64,000 nt of DNA, from assembly GCA_944322965.1 (NCBI GenBank), contig CALUQR010000004.1, positions 33,141-97,140 of the forward strand. The letters are read 5' to 3'. The translations under genes and the position numbers were made by a program. The DNA comes from Vulcanimicrobiota bacterium (GTDB lineage Bacteria; Vulcanimicrobiota; Xenobia; Xenobiales; Xenobiaceae). Shown piece after piece: positions 9,361 through 19,628 of this stretch. The stretch's first letter is position 1. The number at the start of each line of letters is the position of its first letter. The notes below the pieces were generated by a model. The model was not told where the DNA came from and made no database searches. It worked only from the letters and a program-made list of their open reading frames with translations.

Positions 9361-9905
9361 GCTAGCCGCCGGGACAGCGGCTTAGCAATTCGGAATGCGG
9401 AATTCGTAATTCGGAATTAAGAAGCGCTTGTTAATGGCTTGGCAGATTTGGGAATAACTTGGCATACGGGAGAATCGAGCTTGCCGCCGGAGGCGGCAAT
9501 GCGGAATGCTTAATTCGGAATAGAGTGGCTGTTGTTAGTAGCTTGGCGGATCTGGAAGTAGCTTAGTCTAGGGGAGAATTGCACTGAGTGCTCGAGCGCC
9601 CAATTCCTAGATTTGTGCTCTGTTTTTAGAACACTTGTCCCATTGGACCGTGCGGGCTACGCCCGCACATCAGAACGATTTTCTCCTCTAGCCAAGGGGC
9701 CCCTCGGAATCTGTCAGTCATTCCCCCGAGCTACCTAGCCCATCACCCATTGCCGAAACAAAAGTTTCCGCCAGAACCTTTGTCCTGCGGCAACCCAATT
9801 ATGCATTATGCACTCCGAATTACGCATTGCCGCCTCCAGGCGGCTATCCGCATTCCGAATTCCTAATTCCGCATTGTTCTGGCGGCAACATAAGTCTTGC
9901 GGCAA
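9326..9905. repeat. Modular element copy E2
   Basis: Heptamer arrays, hairpin at 9361-9386, two A modules (~9426, ~9528), C module (~9676), reverse heptamers at ~9797-9875. Confidence 0.85.
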
Positions 9906-9974
9906 CCAAGGTTACGGTTATATACTCTCCTTAGTGATAACTTAACTTCGATACGCATAAAAGGGGGGGGCAGA

Positions 9975-10994
9975 TTGAGTCACGATTCTAGTTACAAAAA
10001 GTTTTTCAGTCGCGTCGATATGGTTGAATCGTTAGTGCGCGACTTTATTTCTAAAGATTTAGCTGATGAGCTAGACTTTAAGACTCTGAAGCTCATGCCT
10101 ACCGTTTTCCAAAAGCATGGGCAGACAGAACGGCGTGGCGATCTTATTTGGCGACTCAAATGGCGAGATGGTAACCCTTGCCTTTTGGCTATACTCTTAG
10201 AGTTTCAGAGTACTATCGATAAGAAGATGCTCTGTCGGTTAATGGAATATGCCACTCTATTCTTAGAGCAAACATTGGACGATGATAAGAACAAAGGGCT
10301 GACTTTGCCGCAAATTTTACCCATAGTCCTTTACAATGGGGCAAAGCCTTGGAGTGCGCCTCGCGTTTATGGCGAGTTATCGGAGCGCGAAAGACTGGCT
10401 TATGAGCGCGGCATTTGGGATTTCAAATACCATTTAATTGACATTCGCCATCTAGAAGAATCTTTGGTTGATAAGGCTAAGGGTATCAGCGCCTGGATCT
10501 TTCGCTTTGAGCGGGCGGCCAACGTCCAGGAGATGGAGAGGCTCTGGAGAGTGATGTTCCGCGCTCTAAAGAGTCCAGCTTATGAAAATTTGCGCCAAGA
10601 GATTATAATCTGGCTAGAGACTTGCGTCTTGCCGGTCCGTAAAATCGCGGGCGCTAAAATAGTTGTAAAACGTTTGAAGGAGGAAGAGAAGATGACCGTA
10701 GTTACCGCCGAAATGGAAGACTGGACCCTCCCCTACATCAACCAAGGAATAAGACAAGGCCGCACCGAAGGTGAGGCACGCGGTCGCGCTGAGGGGAGAC
10801 TTGAAGGTAAGCTCGAGGGGGAGCGCATAGGAGAGTTACGCGGTAGAACTGAGGGAATTGCAGAGAAAGCGGCTCAAGTTATCCGCCAAATGATCGCTGA
10901 GGGATTTGAGGACAATCTGATCGCCAGATTAGTCAGCGTCCCCTTATCTGAAGTAAAAAAACTACGCATTGCTAGCCGCCGGGACGGCGGTTAG
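9975..10994 (+). CDS. Rpn family (transposase_31 / PD-(D/E)XK) recombination-promoting nuclease
   Basis: HDSSYK..F, RGDLIW, LLEFQS, PIVLYNG..PW motifs and C-terminal G(R/K)xEG repeats; lower GC; TTG start after a G-rich RBS. Confidence 0.9.
   Translation: MSHDSSYKKFFSRVDMVESLVRDFISKDLADELDFKTLKLMPTVFQKHGQTERRGDLIWRLKWRDGNPCLLAILLEFQSTIDKKMLCRLMEYATLFLEQTLDDDKNKGLTLPQILPIVLYNGAKPWSAPRVYGELSERERLAYERGIWDFKYHLIDIRHLEESLVDKAKGISAWIFRFERAANVQEMERLWRVMFRALKSPAYENLRQEIIIWLETCVLPVRKIAGAKIVVKRLKEEEKMTVVTAEMEDWTLPYINQGIRQGRTEGEARGRAEGRLEGKLEGERIGELRGRTEGIAEKAAQVIRQMIAEGFEDNLIARLVSVPLSEVKKLRIASRRDGG
10692..10994 (+). CDS. Putative intragenic small protein (RpnS-like antitoxin), in frame with Rpn
   Basis: AAGGAGG at 10677-10683, 8 nt before in-frame ATG 10692; 100 aa covering the GxxEG repeats. 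Confidence 0.55.
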   Translation: MTVVTAEMEDWTLPYINQGIRQGRTEGEARGRAEGRLEGKLEGERIGELRGRTEGIAEKAAQVIRQMIAEGFEDNLIARLVSVPLSEVKKLRIASRRDGG

Positions 10995-11531
10995 CAATGC
11001 GGAATGCGGAGTTCGTAATTAAATGGCGCTTGTTAGTGGCTTAGCAGATTTGGGAATAACTTGGCATACGGGAGAATCGCACTGGACACTTCTACGCCCC
11101 TTTTTTAGTTTGTGCTTTATTACTTGACTGAGGCCTTTAGGACGCTTGTCTAATTGAACCACACACCCGGCGCCCGCACACCAAGACGATTTTCTCCCCG
11201 GCCAAGTTACCTACGGAACTAGCCAGCAACTGACTCACTGTGTTCTCGCCCCTGACTCACAGCCGGAACAAAAGTTAAAGCAACAACCTCCACTCCCGCC
11301 TGCCTCCTCAATTACGCATTCCGAATTACGAACTCCGCATTATCCTCCCCCCAGCCGCGGCACACCGGAGCGATTTTCTCCCCAGACAAGCTACCTCCGG
11401 AACCAGTCGGTCATTGCCTCAAGCCCTCTTGCCCCTCACCCCACCACTGAAACTAAAGTTAGAGCCATAACCTCTCCACCGCCGACACCCCCAATTACGC
11501 ATTCCGAATTCCTAATTACGAATTCCGCATT
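10962..11531. repeat. Modular element copy E3
   Basis: Hairpin at 10971-10995, A module ~11028, central module ~11135, two C/D modules (~11186, ~11371), reverse heptamers. Confidence 0.85.
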
Positions 11532-11580
11532 GCCTTTTTTTGCCGCCCCAGCCCGGAGGGCTGGGGCGGCAAAAAAAGGC
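11532..11580. repeat. Perfect 23-bp inverted repeat (3-nt loop)
   Basis: GCCTTTTTTTGCCGCCCCAGCCC-GGA-GGGCTGGGGCGGCAAAAAAAGGC. Confidence 0.9.
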
Positions 11581-11652
11581 TTGAGCTCTCCAATAGAGAA
11601 GGGGGCACGCTAGTTTTTAGATTTCTATTGAGCAAATCGGAGTACACGAGTT

Positions 11653-14244
11653 ATGGGATTCTTCAGAACGCTTTTCGACCCCAACGAGCGCGAAGTGCGT
11701 AAAATCCGCAAAATAGTTGACAAGATCAACGCTTTAGAGAAGGGGATGGAGGGTCGTTCTGACGAGGAGTTGCGCCAGTTGACGGACGATTTCCGCCAGC
11801 GTTTGCAAAAGAAGAAGAGTCTAGACGACATCTTGCCCGAGGCTTTTGCGGCGGTGCGGGAGGCTTCTAAGCGCACTTTAGGTCTGCGCCATTACGACGT
11901 GCAGATGATAGGCGGCGTAGTCTTACATCAGGGGCGCATCGCGGAGATGAAGACTGGCGAAGGTAAGACTTTGGTAGCTACTTGTCCGGTCTATCTCAAC
12001 GCTCTGACGGGCAAGGGCGTACACGTGGTGACGGTCAACGACTATTTGGCTAAGCGCGACGGCCGCTGGATGGCGCCCATCTACCATTTCTTGGGTTTGA
12101 GCGTAGGCATTATCAATCACGACACGGCCTACCTTTACGATCCCACTATCGATACGGGCAACGAGAGTACGCGCCATTTGCGTCCCGTCCCTCGGCGGGC
12201 GGCCTATGAGGCGGACATCACTTACGGTACTAATAACGAGTACGGTTTCGACTATCTGCGCGACAATATGGTCATGGACTTAGAGCAGCGCGTGCAACGG
12301 GAGTTGAATTATGCCATTGTAGACGAGGTCGACTCCATCCTTATAGACGAGGCCCGCACCCCGCTCATCATTTCCGGTCGGGGCACGGGTTCTACCAATA
12401 TGTACGGCCGTTTTGCCCAGGTGGCGCGAGAGTTAAAGAAGGACGTCCATTATACGGTCGACGAGAAGTCTAAGACGGCCCCTTTAACTGAGGAGGGCGT
12501 GGCTAAGGTCGAGCAGATCTTAGGCTTAAAGAACCTCTTCGACGCCGACAATATGGAGATCGCCCACTTTATGGATAACGCTCTGCGGGCTAAGGAGTGT
12601 TACCGTTTAGACAACGAGTACGTTATTAAGGGCGGGGAGATCGTCATCGTCGACGAGTTTACGGGCCGCTTGATGTTTGGGCGTCGTTACTCGGACGGTT
12701 TGCACCAGGCCATCGAGGCTAAAGAGGGGGTCAAGGTCCGCCAGGAGGATCAGACTCTGGCTACCATCACCTTCCAGAACTACTTTAAGCTCTACCACAA
12801 ATTGGCCGGTATGACGGGTACGGCTCTCACGGAGGAGCGCGAGTTCCGGGAGATCTACGGTTTAGACGTGGTCGTCATCCCCACCAACGTGCCGGTGGCC
12901 CGTTTAGACTTGCCCGATAGGGTCTATAAGAATGAGAAGTATAAATTTAAGGCCGTCTGTGAGGATATAGCCGAGCGCCACGCTAAGGGCCAGCCCATCT
13001 TGGTGGGTACCCGCTCTATTGAGAAATCGGAATACTTGGGCTCTCTTTTGAGCAAGATGGGCATTAAGCATAATATTTTGAACGCCAAGTACCACGAGAA
13101 AGAGGCTCAGATTATCGCTCAGGCCGGTCGCGTGGGGGCGGTGACTATCGCTACTAATATGGCGGGCCGCGGCGTAGATATTAAGTTGGGCGGCGATCCC
13201 ATTAATCCTGAAGAAGAGGCCAAGGTCCGGGAGGCTGGGGGCTTATACATTCTGGGTACGGAGCGCCATGAGTCGCGTCGTATCGACAACCAGTTGCGCG
13301 GCCGTTCCGGTCGTCAGGGCGATCCGGGCGCCTCTCGTTTCTACGTAGCTTTGACGGACGAATTGATGCGTCTCTTCGCTAGCGACAATATCTTACGCAT
13401 GATGGATCATTTAGGCTTAGAAGACGAGGTTATCGAGAATGGTCTCATCACTCGGGGCATTGAGAACGCCCAGACTAAGGTAGAGAGCCATCACTTTGAG
13501 ATCCGCAAGAACGTCTTAAAGTATGACGATACGATGAACGAGCAGCGCCGAGTGATCTATGCCGACCGCGATAAGATCTTGGAGGGCCGGGGCCTGCGGG
13601 AGACGATCGATAACTTTATCGACGAGGCTGTCAGCGACTTAGTAGACGCCCACATGCACGAGGACGTCCATCCCGAGGAGTGGGACTTTGACGGCTTGAT
13701 GCTCAACTTGCACGATCTCTTCGTCTTACCGGAAGGGGCCAACAAGAAGGATCTGGGCGGCAAGACTCCGGCGGAGATTAAGGAGAAGGTCAAGGAGTGG
13801 TGCCACGGGGTCTACAATCAGAAGATCCAAGCTTTGGGCGAGGAGCTGATGCAGGAGCTGGAGCGTTTCACCCTCTTGCGGGTCTTAGATGAGAAGTGGA
13901 TCGAACACCTCAATAATATCGAGCTCTTGCGGGAGGGCATCAACTTGCGCGGTTACGGTCAGAAGGACCCGCAGGTAGAGTTCATTCGCGAAGCTTCGGA
14001 GGAGTTCGACGCTTTGAAGCGCCGTCTGCGCGACGATACGATCCAGTATCTCTTCCGGGTGGAGGTGCGCGCCCCCGAGCAGGTCGAGCAGAAGGAGACG
14101 ATGCAGGTCACAGGGACTAATAGGGACCAGGAGATGCCGGTCGTCCCCATTAAGCGTACCGGCTCTAAGTTAGGGCGCAACGATCCTTGTTGGTGCGGTA
14201 GCGGCAAGAAGTGGAAGAAGTGCCACTATCCGGAGGAGCGTTAG
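11653..14244 (+). CDS. secA: Preprotein translocase ATPase SecA
   Basis: MKTGEGKT, DEVDSILIDEART, TNMAGRG, GRQGDPG motifs; C-terminal SEC-C zinc motif. Confidence 0.98.
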   Translation: MGFFRTLFDPNEREVRKIRKIVDKINALEKGMEGRSDEELRQLTDDFRQRLQKKKSLDDILPEAFAAVREASKRTLGLRHYDVQMIGGVVLHQGRIAEMKTGEGKTLVATCPVYLNALTGKGVHVVTVNDYLAKRDGRWMAPIYHFLGLSVGIINHDTAYLYDPTIDTGNESTRHLRPVPRRAAYEADITYGTNNEYGFDYLRDNMVMDLEQRVQRELNYAIVDEVDSILIDEARTPLIISGRGTGSTNMYGRFAQVARELKKDVHYTVDEKSKTAPLTEEGVAKVEQILGLKNLFDADNMEIAHFMDNALRAKECYRLDNEYVIKGGEIVIVDEFTGRLMFGRRYSDGLHQAIEAKEGVKVRQEDQTLATITFQNYFKLYHKLAGMTGTALTEEREFREIYGLDVVVIPTNVPVARLDLPDRVYKNEKYKFKAVCEDIAERHAKGQPILVGTRSIEKSEYLGSLLSKMGIKHNILNAKYHEKEAQIIAQAGRVGAVTIATNMAGRGVDIKLGGDPINPEEEAKVREAGGLYILGTERHESRRIDNQLRGRSGRQGDPGASRFYVALTDELMRLFASDNILRMMDHLGLEDEVIENGLITRGIENAQTKVESHHFEIRKNVLKYDDTMNEQRRVIYADRDKILEGRGLRETIDNFIDEAVSDLVDAHMHEDVHPEEWDFDGLMLNLHDLFVLPEGANKKDLGGKTPAEIKEKVKEWCHGVYNQKIQALGEELMQELERFTLLRVLDEKWIEHLNNIELLREGINLRGYGQKDPQVEFIREASEEFDALKRRLRDDTIQYLFRVEVRAPEQVEQKETMQVTGTNRDQEMPVVPIKRTGSKLGRNDPCWCGSGKKWKKCHYPEER

Positions 14245-14298
14245 CTCTTTCGCTTAGAGACCTAGGGGGGAATATAAGATTTTGAGGACTAGACCTTT

Positions 14299-15436
14299 AT
14301 GTTACAAGCTCTGCAGGAGCCTTTAAATAGCGCTCGAGCGCGTGTTGAGCACATGCGCCACTACCTTTGACCTGCCCAAATTAGAGAGGCAGATCCAAGA
14401 GTTAGAGGCCCAGTTGGGCGACTCTCAGGTGTGGGAGGACCCGGCTAAGGCTCAGCGTTTGACGGCTGAGTTGAGTCAGTTTCGGGGTTTAGTCGGCGAT
14501 TGGCAAGAGTTAGTCCAGGCTTTAGAGGAGGCGGAAGTAGCGGCGGAGTTGGCGGAAGCTGACGACGACTCCAGCGTAGAGGAGGCCAACCGTTACTTCC
14601 AGCTCTTAGAGAGCAAGTTAGAGCGGGCCGAGACCCTATCTCTCTTGCAGGGCGAGTACGACTCCGCTCCGGCCATCCTCACCTTACACGCCGGCGCGGG
14701 TGGGGTGGACGCTCAGGACTGGACGGAGATGCTCTTGCACATGTACTCCCGTTGGGCGGAGAAGAATGGTTACCAGGTGACTTTGGCGGAGTACTCTCCG
14801 GCGGAGGAGGACGGTATCCATTCGGCCACCCTTTTAATTAACGGTTTTTATCCCTTCGGCATGTTGAGCTCGGAGCGGGGCGTCCACCGTCTGGTGCGCA
14901 TCTCCCCTTACGACGCGGCCCACAGGCGCCACACCTCCTTTGCCAAGGTGGAAGTCGTACCCGAGCTAGATGATCAAGAGCGTTTAGAATTGCGCCCCGA
15001 GGATTTAAAGATCGACACTTACCGCTCCCAAGGAGCGGGCGGTCAACACGTCAACAAGACGGAATCGGCGGTGCGCATTACCCATCTACCGACCGGGGTG
15101 GTGGCCGCTTGTCAAAACGAGCGTTCCCAACACTCCAATAAAGAGACGGCTCTGCGCCTACTCCAGGCCAAGTTACTGCAATTACAGCGCCAACAGCGCC
15201 AGTCTACCCTAGAGAGCGTAAAAGGAGAGAATAGAGAGGCCGCCTGGGCGAACCAGATTCGCAGCTACGTCCTCCAGCCCTACTCCTTAGTTAAAGACCG
15301 GCGTACCAACTGGGAAGAGTCCGACGTCAGCGGGGTCTTAGAAGGCAAATTGCAGGGCTTTATGAATAGTTGGCTCCGAGCCCGAGCCCGTCTAGGGCGG
15401 GAACCTAACCTGAGCGACGCCGCTCAACCAAGTTAA
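14299..15436 (+). CDS. prfB: Peptide chain release factor 2 (programmed +1 frameshift)
   Basis: ATG 14299 reads 23 codons to CTT-TGA-C (14365-14371), then continues in +1; GGQ motif, SPY anticodon-mimic, downstream of secA. Confidence 0.95.
14365..14371 (+). promoter_or_regulatory. RF2 autoregulatory frameshift site CTT TGA C
   Basis: Canonical slippery codon plus stop joining the two frames. Confidence 0.9.
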
Positions 15437-15787
15437 AAAAATGCTAAATTCACCCTCTAAAGGCCAGATCGGGCCTCTTAGAAAGAGGGTGGAGGCGTCC
15501 TCCATGGAAAGAGGCTCTCATACGACCAGGAAGCATTAGTAACATTTAGTTTACAAAATGTTATCCTTTTATTCAAACAACCAGCAGGATATGCGGCCAA
15601 GCGTCGAAATCTTGCCCAGTTGAGGAAGGTACCGCTTTTCTCCGTTTTGCCGATCGTCGGCCCTTGATGAGGAAACTCTAGGAAGGCTCTTTGAGAGCTG
15701 GCGGTGGCGCAAGATGCAGGCAGGGTACGCTCCGAAACTATTTTCCTAACCCTCATATACACAGAAAATACATAAGGAGATCATGCA

Positions 15788-18358
15788 ATGAATTTGCGCA
15801 TGAAGACTGCGGTAGCCGCCGCGGTATTTACACTCGGTCTAGCCGCCCCTGCGTTGGCCGCTCCTTTGTTCCCGGATGTTCCCGAGAACCATTGGGCTCG
15901 CGACGCTGTAGCCACCTTGGCTGCTAAGGGCATCGTCGAAGGTTATCCGGATGGTACCTTCAAGGGCGACCGCAACGCCACTCGTTGGGAAGTCGCCATG
16001 ATGGTGGCTCGTCTCTTGGGTCAGATGGAACAAGAGCACGCCACTTTCGCCACCAAGGCCGAGCTCGCTGAGCTCCAGAAATTGGTGGACGCTCTCCGCT
16101 CCGAGTTAGACGCTCTGGGCGCCCGCGTGGGCACCTTAGAGGACAAGGTCGACAAGCTCGATCTGCGCGTCTCTGAGTTAGAGAGAATCACCTTCTACGG
16201 CTCCCTCGAAGCTCGTGTAACCGCTCAGTCCTTCAGCAACGACAACGATGGCATCCAGGACATGAACAATGGCGCCGGCATCAGCTACAATGATATCGCT
16301 GGCACCGCTGCCGGCTTCCAGCTCGACCCCCGTAACGGCGGCGTGCTGCCCGTGGCCGACTTCCGCAATGGCGTAGGTCTGAGCAATGGCACCGGCTTCA
16401 CCATGAAGGGCGTCTTGGGTATGCGCATCCGCGTTACCGACGACATCGACGCTGGCGCTGAGTTCGCGGCTTACACTTCCGCTGGTAACGGCGTAGTCGA
16501 CGCTCTGTGGGGCGTCTCCGCTCCTTACCTCTGCAACCAGTTCGGTGGTTCCACTTCCACCAACAACTTAAACAACGCCCCCTACACTCGTATGGTGTTG
16601 GACAACTTCTGGGTCATCCACAACCCCTCCGGGATTAAGTTGACCTTGGGCGCCTACAGCGAAGACCAGATGGACGACATCCTCTTCGCCGGCCAGAAGA
16701 ACCTCTCCGCTTTCGGTCCTGAGTACTTAGATCGCTTCGGCTTCAACCTGAGCGGCAGCCACGCTTTCGAAGCTGGCGTACTGCGCTGGGAGTTGCTCGG
16801 TTCCCGCATCTCCACCTTCCAGGACACCTTCACCGGCGGTCTCGACGCGGTTTCTCCTTTCTCCTATGACACCGACATCATCGGCGGCGACATCGCCTTC
16901 GAGTTCAAGGGCGGTCAGGTAAAGGTCAACTTCATGCGCGCGGCCAACGAGGCGGCTAATGGCGACGGCTTGGCTATCGGCATGATCGACGGCGGCAACA
17001 TCAACTACGGCAGCGGCCTGGTTCAGACCACCAACTTGCAGTGGGTCAACCCCTCCGGCTACTGGGCGGCCAACATGGTTCCCGGCGGCATCGAGGCTGG
17101 CGGTTACTTCTCTGACAATCGTCCCATCCCCGGTTGGGGCACCTTAGTTGACGCTGGCATGGGTACCTTCGGTCCCCAGAGCATGTTCGGTTACGGCATC
17201 AGCGCCGACTACAAGTGGGATATCGGTGAGACTGGCAACGAGATTTACGTAGCTGGTGAGTACGCTCGCACCGAGTACAAGTCCAACAAGGACTCCGACT
17301 ACACCTCCGATGGCAACGCCTTCCGGGTAGAGGTCGGTACCAACCTCTTAGAGGGCGACTTGGACCTCAGCTTGGCTTACGTCAGCGTCGATCCTAACTA
17401 CGATCCTTTCGTCAACATGAACCCCTACGTCAATGGTTTCTACAACAATACCACCAGCCGCTACAGCGCCTGGAACTTGTTGAACCTCAACTACTATGAC
17501 GATATGTGGTCCTTGCACGACACCGAAGTCTATCCTCACAACCGCGAAGGCTTCCGCTTCAACGGTCAGTGGCGCTTCGATGAGCGGCGCGGTTTAGTCT
17601 GGGCCAAGGCCTCCTTCTTGAACCAGAAAGAGTCCAGCCTCTACGACGTACGCGCTTTAGCTGACGGTACCACCGGCGCTCCTACCAGCACCATCCTGGG
17701 CTTCGCCCCTGGCTTCATGGACCCCGTCTTCTACGGTTACGCCGCTCCTTCCGTCTATGGCGCTCAGAGTGGCAACGCCTTCGACCCCAACCTCAATCCC
17801 TTAGAGGATGAGAAGGGCTCCCAGACCCAGTGGGGTATCGGCGGTAGCTACAAGTGGGACAACCCCCGCTTGAAGTTAGACCTCGGTTACGAGCACAACG
17901 AGTTCAAGCGCGACTCCAGCCTGACCGTGGCTCAGGGCGGCAGCCAGAACCACGTTAAGCTGAACACGCACAACATCCACCTCGGTTTAGGTTGGGAAGC
18001 CAACGATCAGTGGACCATCCGCGCCGGCGCCGACATGATCAACATGAGCGGTCACTGGGATCCGAGCGGTGCTTACAACCAGTTCGCGACCCTCGTCAAC
18101 TCCACTGACTTCAAGAACATTGACGTTCAGCAGACCATCCCCTTCATCGGGTTTGACTATGACATGAGCGCCAACACTCAGTGGACTATGGACTTCCGTT
18201 ACTACGACACCAAGGACAACGTGGACGCCGCGACCTTCGCTAACTTCCAGCAGGGTGGCGCTCCTCAGACCGCCGGTAATACCACCGATGGTTACACGAT
18301 GCACCCCTTCAGCTGGTACGGCTGGCAGGTTACCACCCAGTTCAAACTCAAATTCTAA
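15788..18358 (+). CDS. SLH-anchored major outer-membrane/surface protein (OmpM-like), copy 1
   Basis: Signal peptide, FPDVPENHWA..GIVEGYPDGTFKG..TRWE SLH domain, coiled coil, aromatic-rich beta region, terminal Phe; strongly biased codon use. Confidence 0.85.
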   Translation: MNLRMKTAVAAAVFTLGLAAPALAAPLFPDVPENHWARDAVATLAAKGIVEGYPDGTFKGDRNATRWEVAMMVARLLGQMEQEHATFATKAELAELQKLVDALRSELDALGARVGTLEDKVDKLDLRVSELERITFYGSLEARVTAQSFSNDNDGIQDMNNGAGISYNDIAGTAAGFQLDPRNGGVLPVADFRNGVGLSNGTGFTMKGVLGMRIRVTDDIDAGAEFAAYTSAGNGVVDALWGVSAPYLCNQFGGSTSTNNLNNAPYTRMVLDNFWVIHNPSGIKLTLGAYSEDQMDDILFAGQKNLSAFGPEYLDRFGFNLSGSHAFEAGVLRWELLGSRISTFQDTFTGGLDAVSPFSYDTDIIGGDIAFEFKGGQVKVNFMRAANEAANGDGLAIGMIDGGNINYGSGLVQTTNLQWVNPSGYWAANMVPGGIEAGGYFSDNRPIPGWGTLVDAGMGTFGPQSMFGYGISADYKWDIGETGNEIYVAGEYARTEYKSNKDSDYTSDGNAFRVEVGTNLLEGDLDLSLAYVSVDPNYDPFVNMNPYVNGFYNNTTSRYSAWNLLNLNYYDDMWSLHDTEVYPHNREGFRFNGQWRFDERRGLVWAKASFLNQKESSLYDVRALADGTTGAPTSTILGFAPGFMDPVFYGYAAPSVYGAQSGNAFDPNLNPLEDEKGSQTQWGIGGSYKWDNPRLKLDLGYEHNEFKRDSSLTVAQGGSQNHVKLNTHNIHLGLGWEANDQWTIRAGADMINMSGHWDPSGAYNQFATLVNSTDFKNIDVQQTIPFIGFDYDMSANTQWTMDFRYYDTKDNVDAATFANFQQGGAPQTAGNTTDGYTMHPFSWYGWQVTTQFKLKF

Positions 18359-18374
18359 GCCCAGCTTAGTATGA

Positions 18375-18421
18375 TGTAAAACTAGCCCCTCCGGGAGTCT
18401 CCCGGAGGGGCTAGTTTTACA
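18375..18421. terminator. Bidirectional intrinsic terminator
   Basis: 23-bp perfect arms around a 1-nt centre with A/T tails, between convergent genes. Confidence 0.85.
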
Positions 18422-18429
18422 ATTAGGAA

Positions 18430-19185
18430 TTACTTCTGTGCGCCAAATATAGTGGTTGGTTGGGGTTCGGCGTCGGCGCGGATGACTACGGTAAGGTCGG
18501 GGCTTACCCAGAATTCGGCGAAGGGTTCGCCCTTCTCTTTGGAGAGGGCTTCCAGCTTATAGAAGCCGGTGTCGGGCAGGGGTTCGGGGTGGAGGCGGAA
18601 GGTGTAATCCTTCTGGGCCAGGTTGAGGCTGGTGGCGGCGGGGGGCAGTTCTTCGACTAGGGCTTGGGCCAGGTTGAGACTCATGGGGACCGTCTTCTGG
18701 TTGGGATCTAAGACGTAGCGTCCGTCGCAGGCGAAGGGTACTTGGCCGCTATGGATGACTTCGATACTCTTGCCGTCGGCGGCCAATTTGAAGTCGATAT
18801 GGCCCATCTTACCATTGATCTCCCCTTCCCAGTGGCCTATTCCCTGGGGGTCTACGCTCATAGTGGAGGCGTACATAAAGCTCTTAGCCTCCCCTTGGCT
18901 CTCATCTTCGCTCAAGGTCTCAAACTGGAAGAGTTTGATATTATCTTGGAAATTAGAGATAACTAACTCCCCGCTATTGGGCTGGCTGGAGCCCTCGCGC
19001 ACAAAGACCCCGCTCACCGTTTGCCAACTCTGGGCGCTGGTAGCGGCGCTAGCGGATGTAGCCGTAGTAGCGGCCGCAGAAGCGGGCTGGGCCGTTGAGG
19101 TAGGGGTGGGCGCCTGGGGGTTGGGGGCGCAAGCTAAGGCGGCTAAGGCTAAGACCCCACAGAGAGCGGTACTTTTTATATGCAT
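18430..19185 (-). CDS. Lipoprotein, unknown function
   Basis: LAALA-C lipobox followed by an A/T/P-rich linker; AAGGAG RBS. Confidence 0.75.
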   Translation of the reverse strand: MHIKSTALCGVLALAALACAPNPQAPTPTSTAQPASAAATTATSASAATSAQSWQTVSGVFVREGSSQPNSGELVISNFQDNIKLFQFETLSEDESQGEAKSFMYASTMSVDPQGIGHWEGEINGKMGHIDFKLAADGKSIEVIHSGQVPFACDGRYVLDPNQKTVPMSLNLAQALVEELPPAATSLNLAQKDYTFRLHPEPLPDTGFYKLEALSKEKGEPFAEFWVSPDLTVVIRADAEPQPTTIFGAQK

Positions 19186-19251
19186 ACTATTTCTATCTCC
19201 TTAATAGAGCTTATTAGGCAAAAGGCGCGCTACTTCGGGCTTTTAAGATTC

Positions 19252-19491
19252 TCAATCGGCCCCTGAGCCTACCCAAAAGTTGAGGAAGATGTAACCTAAA
19301 AAGAGGAAGTCGAAGAAGAGTAAAGCGCCGATAGCTAGGTTATAACGCCTTTTGATCTTTTCCCAGGTGGAGGGCCTCTTTTGGGCTAGGTGGGCAAAGC
19401 TGCGCTTTTTGAGCGAGACGATAACTAATAAGAGATTGAGCGCCACAAAAGCTGGGCAGGCTACCCAGAGCCCCATATATCTATCCTCCAA
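19252..19491 (-). CDS. Small two-TM membrane protein
   Basis: Two hydrophobic helices separated by a basic loop; start uncertain. Confidence 0.55.
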   Translation of the reverse strand: MEDRYMGLWVACPAFVALNLLLVIVSLKKRSFAHLAQKRPSTWEKIKRRYNLAIGALLFFDFLFLGYIFLNFWVGSGAD

Positions 19492-19628
19492 GGGGGAAAG
19501 TAGGTATGCCCGGAGATTCTCTCCAGGCCCCTATTTTACATTCTCCCAGCCCCTAACTATACTTACAAGAAAGAGCCCCCGTCTGGGCCAGACTATAGGG
19601 GCTGTTAAATTTGAGCGGGAGGTCTTTT

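Noticed and set aside
15620-15720. Resemblance to a c-di-GMP-II riboswitch or hammerhead core (TGATGAG..GAAAC)
   Set aside because: Only fragments match; the required stems and pseudoknot could not be built.
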